The notes under the pieces are model-generated. The model ran no database searches. It was not told the DNA's origin and saw only the letters and a program-made list of their open reading frames with translations. From NCBI GenBank assembly GCA_020354435.1, contig CP070646.1, positions 2,988,175 through 3,021,721 on the forward strand: DNA of 33,547 nt. The letters run 5' to 3'. The DNA comes from Gammaproteobacteria bacterium. Lineage in GTDB: Bacteria; Pseudomonadota; Gammaproteobacteria; GCA-001735895. This document shows positions 1 through 6,892 of the stretch, piece after piece; position 1 is the stretch's first letter, and every line of letters begins with the position of its first letter. The position numbers were made by a program, and so were the translations under genes.

Positions 1-1
1 T

Positions 2-139
2 GCGGTTTACGCGGGCCACAAGGCGGCACGCGAACTGGGGCAAGGCGAAGCCGGGGCCAGGCGGGACCGTGTCGTGTTGCGAGGTTGGTCGACAATGTCG
101 CGGCGGCGTTCGGGCCCGGTTAATTCGGACTGTTGTTGA
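2..139 (+). CDS. 3' end of a second TMADH/histamine-dehydrogenase-like flavoprotein (truncated by window start)
   Basis: Frame 2 reads AVYAGHKAARELGQGEAGARRDRVV...TGA(137-139); matches AAAVYDGHSAARYLE near the C-terminus of the 444..2495 protein. Not in ORF track. Confidence 0.7.
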   Translation, partial: AVYAGHKAARELGQGEAGARRDRVVLRGWSTMSRRRSGPVNSDCC

Positions 140-152
140 TAGAATGAGTTGC

Positions 153-428
153 ATGGATAACGCAAAACAACATGATCCCGTTTCGCCTGGCAACGGCAAG
201 AGCCGAGGTATTCCGCTCTGGTTCAAGTTGTTCGTGGTTGTGTTGATCGCGCTGGTGATTTCGAAAATACCGGGGCTGCAGGTATTTATCCAGATTAGCT
301 ATGACGGAACTCCGTTTCTCGCGGCATTGACGGATGTGCGCATTTACTTCGTGCCGCTGATTTTAGTGCTGCTCTATATCCTGTTCGCCTGGATAGGCAG
401 GAAAATACTCGGTCGCGAAGATCCTTGA
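153..428 (+). CDS. Small hypothetical membrane protein with two hydrophobic segments
   Basis: Segments WFKLFVVVLIALVISKI and IYFVPLILVLLYILFAWIG; start at ATG 153 or 144 is more plausible than 69, which overlaps the upstream gene. Confidence 0.7.
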   Translation: MDNAKQHDPVSPGNGKSRGIPLWFKLFVVVLIALVISKIPGLQVFIQISYDGTPFLAALTDVRIYFVPLILVLLYILFAWIGRKILGREDP

Positions 429-443
429 AGCATTGGTGATGTA

Positions 444-2495
444 ATGGCAAGAGACCCCAGGTACGATATTTTATTCGAACCAGTCAAGATCGGCCCGGTA
501 ACGGCGCCTAACCGCTTTTACCAGGTTCCGCACTGCAATGTGCTCGGGCATGCGCGGCCACGCGCCGAGGCCGCCAACCGCGCGGTCAAGGCGGAGGGAG
601 GCTGGGGCGTCATTTGCACCCAGGAGGTCGAGATCCACCCGAGCGCGGAATTGGCGCCATACGTCGAAGGCCGCCTCTGGGACGAACGTGATATTCCGCA
701 GCACCGGCTGATGACCGATGCCGTGCACGAGCACGGTGCGCTCGCCGGCATCGAGCTGGTTTACAACGGTTTCCATGCCTCCAATCTTTACAGTCGAATC
801 GCGCCGATGGCGCCCAGCGCAACGCCGGTGCACGCCGTGCAGCCGATACAGGCGCGCGCCATGAACAAGCGCGATATTGCCAACCTGAGGCGCTGGTACG
901 TGCAGGCCGCACGGCGCGCAAGGAAGGCAGGTTACGACATCATCTACGTCTATGCCGGGCACGACATGACCATACTGCAGCATTTTCTCAAGCCACAGTA
1001 TAACCAGCGCAGCGACGAGTACGGCGGCAGCCTGGAAAACAGGGTCAGACTCACGCGCGAAGTGCTGCTTGAGGTCAAGGAGGCGGTGGGTCATGAATCT
1101 GCGGTCGCGTTTCGTTTTGCCACCGACGAGCTCATGGGGTCGCATGGTTTGCAGGCCGAATCGGAAGGGCGCGACGTGGTTGGCATGCTGGCAGAAATAC
1201 CGGACCTGTGGGACGTCAACATCAGCGACTGGGGCAACGATTCCTCGACCGCGCGTTTCGAGCCCAACGAGGGCTACCAGGAGCCCTATACCGCCTTCGT
1301 CAAAACGCTGACCAGCAAGCCGGTGGTCGGAGTCGGGCGCTTTACCTCGGCCGACGCGATGCTGTCGCAGATCAGGCGCGGCGTGCTCGACCTGATCGGC
1401 GCCGCACGACCATCGATCGCCGATCCGTTCCTGCCGCGCAAGATCGACGAGGGTCGCATCGACGAAATCCGCGAATGTATCGGCTGTAATATCTGCGTCG
1501 CGCAGGACATGCTGTCGGCGCCTATCCGCTGCACCCAGAATCCGACCCAGGGTGAGGAATGGAAGCAAAACTGGCACCCTGAGCGCATCGATGCCGCCGC
1601 CAGTGACGACGCGGTGCTGGTTGTAGGCGCCGGCCCGGCCGGGCTCGAGTGCGCCCTGCAGCTCGCCAACCGCGGCTATTCGGTCACCCTGGCTGAAGCC
1701 ACCGAGCGCCTGGGCGGCAGGGTTTCGAGGGAATGCGAGCTGCCCGGCCTGTCGAGTTACGCGCGCGTGCGCGATTACCGCGAAAACCTGCTTCGGCAAA
1801 AAACCAATGTCGAGATTTATCTCGACAATCGTCTATCGGCGCAGGACGTGGTCGATCTCGAGATAGCGCACGTGCTGGTTGCCACCGGCGCGAGCTGGCG
1901 TGCAGATGGCGTCGGACGTCAGCATCACTTTCCGATAGACGGCATCGAAGCGATCGAGGTGTTGACGCCGGACGATGTGCTCGCTGGTGCGCAGGCGCGG
2001 GGCAGGGTGTTGATTTACGACGACGATCATTACCTCATGGGCGGTGCCATTGCCGAGCTTTACCGCGAACAGGGGCACGAGGTATGCCTGTTGACACCGG
2101 CATCGATCGTTTCCGCGTGGACCGAAAACACGCTGGAGCAAGCCAAGATTCAGCAACGCCTGCTGGCGCTCGGAGTCGAGCTGGCGGTATCGCTGGAGCT
2201 GGTTAGCGTGGGTGCGGGTGAAGCCACCGTCGCCAACGTTTATGCTGGCGATCGTCAGCAGAAAATTGCTTTCGACTCGCTGGTGATGGTGACATCGCGC
2301 GTGTCGCGGGATGAACTTTACCAGGAACTGATCGCATTCGAGGATCGGTTCAAAAGCCTGCGCGCGATCGGTGATTGCCACGCGCCCGGCACCGTGGCCG
2401 CGGCGGTCTACGATGGCCACTCGGCGGCGCGCTATCTGGAAGTCGATGCGGATCCATACGCACCGTTGTACGTGCGCGAAATCCCGCAAATATAA
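444..2495 (+). CDS. Histamine/trimethylamine dehydrogenase family iron-sulfur flavoprotein (OYE-like TIM barrel plus ADP-binding domains)
   Basis: NRFYQVPHC (Cys for 6-S-cysteinyl-FMN), YVYAGH (catalytic Tyr/His), R.DEYGGSLENR, 4Fe-4S motif CIGCNIC-x11-C, VVGAGPAGLE. Confidence 0.93.
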   Translation: MARDPRYDILFEPVKIGPVTAPNRFYQVPHCNVLGHARPRAEAANRAVKAEGGWGVICTQEVEIHPSAELAPYVEGRLWDERDIPQHRLMTDAVHEHGALAGIELVYNGFHASNLYSRIAPMAPSATPVHAVQPIQARAMNKRDIANLRRWYVQAARRARKAGYDIIYVYAGHDMTILQHFLKPQYNQRSDEYGGSLENRVRLTREVLLEVKEAVGHESAVAFRFATDELMGSHGLQAESEGRDVVGMLAEIPDLWDVNISDWGNDSSTARFEPNEGYQEPYTAFVKTLTSKPVVGVGRFTSADAMLSQIRRGVLDLIGAARPSIADPFLPRKIDEGRIDEIRECIGCNICVAQDMLSAPIRCTQNPTQGEEWKQNWHPERIDAAASDDAVLVVGAGPAGLECALQLANRGYSVTLAEATERLGGRVSRECELPGLSSYARVRDYRENLLRQKTNVEIYLDNRLSAQDVVDLEIAHVLVATGASWRADGVGRQHHFPIDGIEAIEVLTPDDVLAGAQARGRVLIYDDDHYLMGGAIAELYREQGHEVCLLTPASIVSAWTENTLEQAKIQQRLLALGVELAVSLELVSVGAGEATVANVYAGDRQQKIAFDSLVMVTSRVSRDELYQELIAFEDRFKSLRAIGDCHAPGTVAAAVYDGHSAARYLEVDADPYAPLYVREIPQI

Positions 2496-2523
2496 ATCGA
2501 TAGATACGGGTATAGTTTTCGAA

Positions 2524-3441
2524 TCAGGCGCGGTTGGCGCCGAGCACGTAGAGCATTTCCAGGCCCAGTGTGGCACCGGCCAGCGAGGTGATTTGGGCGT
2601 GATCGTATGAAGGTGCAACCTCGACCAGATCCATGCCGACCAGGTTGATGCCCTGAAGTCCGCGGATGATCTTGAGCGCGCGGTCCGAGGTCAGGCCGCC
2701 GGCAACCGGGGTGCCGGTGCCGGGCGCGTAAGCCGGATCGAGGCAATCGATATCGAAGGTCAGGTAACAGGGACTGTCGCCGACACGCTGCTTGATGCGC
2801 TCGACAATACTGTCGGCATCGAGATCGTTGGCTACCGCGGCGCTGATGACTTCGAATTCGTGACGACTTTCGCTGTACTCGGTACGAATGCCGACCTGAA
2901 CACTGCGGTCGGCATCGATAATGCCCTCGCGCGGCGCGTGGTAAAACATGGAGCCATGGTTGTATACCGCCTTGTCTTCCATGTAGGTGTCGGTGTGGGC
3001 GTCGAAGTGAATCATCGCAAGCTTGCCGAACTGTTTGTGATGCGCACGCAACAGCGGCAGCGTGACGAAATGATCGCCGCCGAGACTGAGTACCGTTTTG
3101 CCGGCCGCGAGTAATCTACCGTAGTGCGATTCGACCGCGTCGAACAGCGCCTCATGGTTGCCGGTGGGAAATTCGAGGTCACCGTAGTCGGCCACGCGCA
3201 AGCGTTCGAACAGGCTGAAATCCCATGGCCAGCGTTTGTTTTCCCAGCGCAGATTGGCGCTGGCGGAACGTATACCGCCCGGGCCGCCGCGCGTACCCGA
3301 GCGTCCGCTGGTGCCGAGATCGTAGGGCAGGCCGACGACGAAAACATCGGCGTCGTCCGGGTTGCGGCTCAGAGGCCGGCCCATGAAGCTGTAGATATTA
3401 GCGTAAATCGAATAGCTGTTAAGAATTTCTTCGCGGCTCAT
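2524..3441 (-). CDS. speB: Agmatinase (ureohydrolase family)
   Basis: Metal-binding motifs GGDH, HFDAHTD, TFDIDCLDP, plus APGTGTP and HGSMFYHA. Confidence 0.92.
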   Translation of the reverse strand: MSREEILNSYSIYANIYSFMGRPLSRNPDDADVFVVGLPYDLGTSGRSGTRGGPGGIRSASANLRWENKRWPWDFSLFERLRVADYGDLEFPTGNHEALFDAVESHYGRLLAAGKTVLSLGGDHFVTLPLLRAHHKQFGKLAMIHFDAHTDTYMEDKAVYNHGSMFYHAPREGIIDADRSVQVGIRTEYSESRHEFEVISAAVANDLDADSIVERIKQRVGDSPCYLTFDIDCLDPAYAPGTGTPVAGGLTSDRALKIIRGLQGINLVGMDLVEVAPSYDHAQITSLAGATLGLEMLYVLGANRA

Positions 3442-4803
3442 TTACAGGTACCAGTCGTATTCACGGGCGCTGATGTGGTTGTCGAAAATCGTCGCTTCGG
3501 CGGCGCGATGGTAGCAGTACAAATCGATGAAATCGGCACCCATTATTTTCTTCAGCGCGTCGCTGGCAGCGGTTGCCGCCAGCGCGTCGGCCATTTTCAA
3601 CGGCAGATTTTCATCACGACCCTCGACCGCTTCGGTGGTCGGCTGGCCGGGGTTGAGCTGGTTGTCGATGCCGTGCAGCATGCCGGCCAGCGATACCGCC
3701 ATCGCCAGGTACGGATTGGCGTCGGCGCCGGGGACGCGATTTTCGACGCGCCAGGCGCCCTGTTTGGGCAGCGGAATACGGAATGCAACCGTACGATTCT
3801 CGTTACCCCAGGTCAGGCTTACCGGGGCACAGCTGATACCGCCACGATAGCGACGATAGGAATTGACGTTCGGTGCCCAGAAGGACATCGCCGCCGGCAT
3901 GGTGTCGAGTAAGCCGCCGATCGCGTGATGCAGTCGCTCGTCTGCACTGTCGCCGGCGGCGAAGATATTTTGCCCCTTTTCGTCGACGATGCTGATATGC
4001 ATGTGCAGGCCGTTGCCGGCATGCTCCAGCAGGGGTTTGGCGATAAAGCTGGCGCAGATGCCGTGGCTTTTGGCGACTTCGACAACGGTTCGTTTGAACA
4101 GGCTGGTTTCGTCGGCCGCCCTGAGTACATCGTCGTGATGGTTGAAGTTGATTTCGAACTGCCCGGGTCCCAGTTCCGATGAAATGGCACCGGTGTCGAT
4201 ATTCTGCAGTTGGCAGGCATGGATGATGTCGTCGATGACGTTTTCGAAATCGCCAACGCGGGTGCTGGACAACACGGTTGCGGTATCCTTGCGCCCGGTT
4301 TTCGGATTACGCACGATTTGCAACAAACCATCTGCGTCACGTTTAGCGTCGAACAGGTAAAACTCGAGTTCGAAGGCGACCACGGGATGCCATTGCCGTT
4401 CGGCGAAGCTGTCCGCCACCTTTTGCAGGATGTAGCGTGGTTCGAAGAACGACGGATGCTCGTCGCGACAGGTGGTTGCCAGCATTTGCGCGCGCGGCTT
4501 GTTGCCCCAGTTATTCAGGCACAGGCTGCCGGGGACGAGGAAGAAATGCCCGTCCGGGTCGCCATCGTCGATGCCGTAGGGGATACCGTCCATCGGCTCA
4601 CCGAGCGTGTTGAGTACGAACATGCTGGCCGGCATGGCGAGCCCCTCGCGCGCAAAAGAAGCCAGTTTTTCGACCGGATATCGTTTACCGAAAAAGTGCC
4701 CGCAGATGTCCGTGGCCAGAATCTCGACCTGCTTGAGCCCCGAATTGGCCTTTAGAAAATCCTCGATCTCGGAGGTCAGTTGTGGGCTGTTTTTATCAAG
4801 CAT
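3442..4803 (-). CDS. Glutamine synthetase-like gamma-glutamyl-amine/polyamine ligase (PuuA/PauA-like)
   Basis: FELEFYLF, ELGPGQFEINF, GNGLHMHIS, ENRVPGADANPYL, C-terminal EYDWYL; TAA-ATG junction directly abuts speB. Confidence 0.88.
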   Translation of the reverse strand: MLDKNSPQLTSEIEDFLKANSGLKQVEILATDICGHFFGKRYPVEKLASFAREGLAMPASMFVLNTLGEPMDGIPYGIDDGDPDGHFFLVPGSLCLNNWGNKPRAQMLATTCRDEHPSFFEPRYILQKVADSFAERQWHPVVAFELEFYLFDAKRDADGLLQIVRNPKTGRKDTATVLSSTRVGDFENVIDDIIHACQLQNIDTGAISSELGPGQFEINFNHHDDVLRAADETSLFKRTVVEVAKSHGICASFIAKPLLEHAGNGLHMHISIVDEKGQNIFAAGDSADERLHHAIGGLLDTMPAAMSFWAPNVNSYRRYRGGISCAPVSLTWGNENRTVAFRIPLPKQGAWRVENRVPGADANPYLAMAVSLAGMLHGIDNQLNPGQPTTEAVEGRDENLPLKMADALAATAASDALKKIMGADFIDLYCYHRAAEATIFDNHISAREYDWYL

Positions 4804-4837
4804 CAGGTTAATCGTTTATTCGGGAATGAGTGTCATA

Positions 4838-4916
4838 TTTGTGATCACGCCTATACCGCATGATACCGGTGTGCAGGTTTCGTGGCGAGGTCCGATTCGG
4901 TGAAAAAGTGATCACT
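4838..4916. promoter_or_regulatory. Two palindromic operator-like sites upstream of the glutamylase-speB operon
   Basis: TTTGTGATCACG at 4838-4849 and AGTGATCACT at 4907-4916. Confidence 0.55.
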
Positions 4917-4934
4917 AAAACCCGCTGGCGCCGT

Positions 4935-5645
4935 TCAGGCGACACCCTTGAAATAATCATGAATTCCATCGACGGTATTGATCGAAGCAATACCGTCGCG
5001 AATGTCTGCCTCGATCGCACGACGCAGGCCAAATGCATTGCGCTGGCGCAGCGCCTCCAGCGCTTCGGCATGGCGATCGACCAGATAGACCTTTTCCAGC
5101 TTGGCAATGGCGATGCGCGAAAACGGTCCCAGTTGTAACCAGAGGCTTTCGATCAACGGCACCGAAATCTGAAACGGATTTGCCTGGTACAGGTGACGAT
5201 GAAAATCCTGATTGCACAGGCTTATGTGATCGGTATCGCTGTTTTCAACGGCTTCATCTACCTTGCTGTCGAGCACTTCGAGAATCTCGATATCCTTTTC
5301 CGTTATATAAGGCAGAGCGCCTTCCGCGGCGTGTGTTTCGAGCAGGATGCGCAGGTCGCAAAGCTCGCTGAATTTCTCCGCCGTCATCAAGGGCACGATC
5401 ACCCGGCGGTTGTTCTTGACCTCGACCGCGCCTTCGCATGCCAGGCGATGCAGGGCTTCGCGCACCGGCATCGGGCTGACGTGCAGAATTTCCGCTAGTC
5501 CGCGAATCGTCAATGGCTTGCCCGGTTCGATACGGCCGCACAACAGGTTGTTGCGCAGCAACTGGTACACCCATTGATGGGTCTTGAGGTCATCCGTTTT
5601 CGTGATCATCAGCAGTTCCAGATCCGCTGATTCGTTTGATTTCAT
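4935..5645 (-). CDS. GntR family transcriptional regulator (FCD domain)
   Basis: wHTH LTIRGLAEILHVSPMPVREALHRL; FCD-type NQDFHRHLY and H.EALEAL. Alternative start ATG at 5609 (MITKT...). Confidence 0.92.
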   Translation of the reverse strand: MKSNESADLELLMITKTDDLKTHQWVYQLLRNNLLCGRIEPGKPLTIRGLAEILHVSPMPVREALHRLACEGAVEVKNNRRVIVPLMTAEKFSELCDLRILLETHAAEGALPYITEKDIEILEVLDSKVDEAVENSDTDHISLCNQDFHRHLYQANPFQISVPLIESLWLQLGPFSRIAIAKLEKVYLVDRHAEALEALRQRNAFGLRRAIEADIRDGIASINTVDGIHDYFKGVA

Positions 5646-5741
5646 GAGTGATTTTCCGCCGGCAGGGATGCGAAATATTTAATCACAAAAGACCAGCCAT
5701 CTCCAATAGCCCACTTGCCCGAGCCCGTGACAGGTCGATAG

Positions 5742-5755
5742 AATATGATCACATT
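5742..5755. promoter_or_regulatory. Operator-like palindrome in the divergent gntR/amidotransferase promoter
   Basis: AATATGATCACATT, near-perfect palindrome sharing the TGATCAC core with the 4838 and 4907 sites. Confidence 0.55.
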
Positions 5756-5836
5756 AACGCAATTCAGCCGCGCTCATTCCTACCGGCCCGATAGCGGTAA
5801 TGGTATATTGATCGCGCTTTTTACAGGTAAACGCCA

Positions 5837-6577
5837 ATGAAAATCGGAATCCTTGAAACCGGATTGTTGCGTGAACGCATGCTGCCGCGCTTCGATCCCT
5901 ATCCAGTCATGTTCGCGGAATTTCTCGGCCTGGCACATCGTGATTTCGAATTTAAAACCGTCAGCGTGGTGCGTGGGGAAGTCGCGGCTGCAATCGACGA
6001 TTGCGACGGTTGGCTGATCACCGGATCACGGCACGGGGTTTACGAAAATCTCGACTGGATGGCACCGCTACAGGATTTCATCCGGCAACTGGCTGCGACC
6101 GAGGTGCCGCTGATCGGGGTTTGCTTCGGTCATCAGATTATCGCCCAGGCGCTCGGCGGGGAGGTGGTCAAGTCGGACAAGGGCTGGGGTGTCGGCGTGC
6201 ATACCTACCGGGTCGAAAAACAGCATTCGTGGATGCCGACGCATCCCGCCAGCTGTAACCTTTACGCTTTTCACCAGGACCAGGTGGTCAGTCTGCCGGA
6301 ACATGCCGAGGTTTTCCTGAGCTCCGAGTTTTGCCCCTATGCGGGTATGAGTTATGGCAGGTCTATCATTACTGTGCAGGCGCATCCCGAATTCGGCGAA
6401 GACTACGAAACCGCATTGCTCGAAGCCTACGGCGGCAGCGTGGTGCCCGGGGCTGTGACGGCGGAGGCGCTGGCTGCCATGAGCGCCGGTGCGAGCGCCG
6501 ATACCGAGCTGCTGGCTAACTGGTTTGCGGATTTCTTTCTATCGCGTCATGCGCAGGCACTGGCCAGTTCTGCCTAG
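5837..6577 (+). CDS. Class I glutamine amidotransferase-like protein, probable gamma-glutamyl-amide hydrolase
   Basis: ITGS, nucleophile GVCFGHQ, HQD, QAHPEF (Cys-His-Glu triad); context next to a PuuA-like ligase. Confidence 0.88.
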   Translation: MKIGILETGLLRERMLPRFDPYPVMFAEFLGLAHRDFEFKTVSVVRGEVAAAIDDCDGWLITGSRHGVYENLDWMAPLQDFIRQLAATEVPLIGVCFGHQIIAQALGGEVVKSDKGWGVGVHTYRVEKQHSWMPTHPASCNLYAFHQDQVVSLPEHAEVFLSSEFCPYAGMSYGRSIITVQAHPEFGEDYETALLEAYGGSVVPGAVTAEALAAMSAGASADTELLANWFADFFLSRHAQALASSA

Positions 6578-6759
6578 GACCGGGCCAGTACCGGTTTGTC
6601 GAGCTGTGCCCTGAGAAATGCTTCGAATTCGTCCTGCTGCATCGGTTTGCCGAAATAATAACCCTGCATGAAATCGCAGTTGAGCGAGCGCAGGAACTCC
6701 CATTGCTCGGATTTGCCGACGAGGCGCTGCAGTTGGGTCTCGCGCCGGTCAATCGGACT
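6574..6759 (-). pseudogene. C-terminal remnant of an EAL (c-di-GMP phosphodiesterase) domain gene
   Basis: Minus frame reads ...EQWEFLRSLNCDFMQGYYFGKPMQQDEFEAFL...TAG; bounded upstream by in-frame TAA (6760-6762), no room for a full domain. Not in ORF track. Confidence 0.8.
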
Positions 6760-6800
6760 TTACGCGAACGACTGGAAACGGATACGGAAGCTAAAAAATC

Positions 6801-6817
6801 AGTTTCAAATTGAAACT
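6801..6817. promoter_or_regulatory. Perfect palindrome upstream of fadE, candidate operator
   Basis: AGTTTCAA-A-TTGAAACT, 75 bp upstream of the fadE ATG. Confidence 0.45.
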
Positions 6818-6892
6818 TTATATTGCTGGCAGTGTCGATTTAATATACTGTTAACCACTGCTTGACTGATTCAATAACACTGACTTAAACCG

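Noticed and set aside
3442-4803. Calling this gene glnA
   Set aside because: Context (agmatinase, amidotransferase, GntR) and divergent sequence fit a gamma-glutamyl-amine ligase better.
4838-4916. CRP site
   Set aside because: No 6-bp spacer between the TGTGA and TCAC halves.
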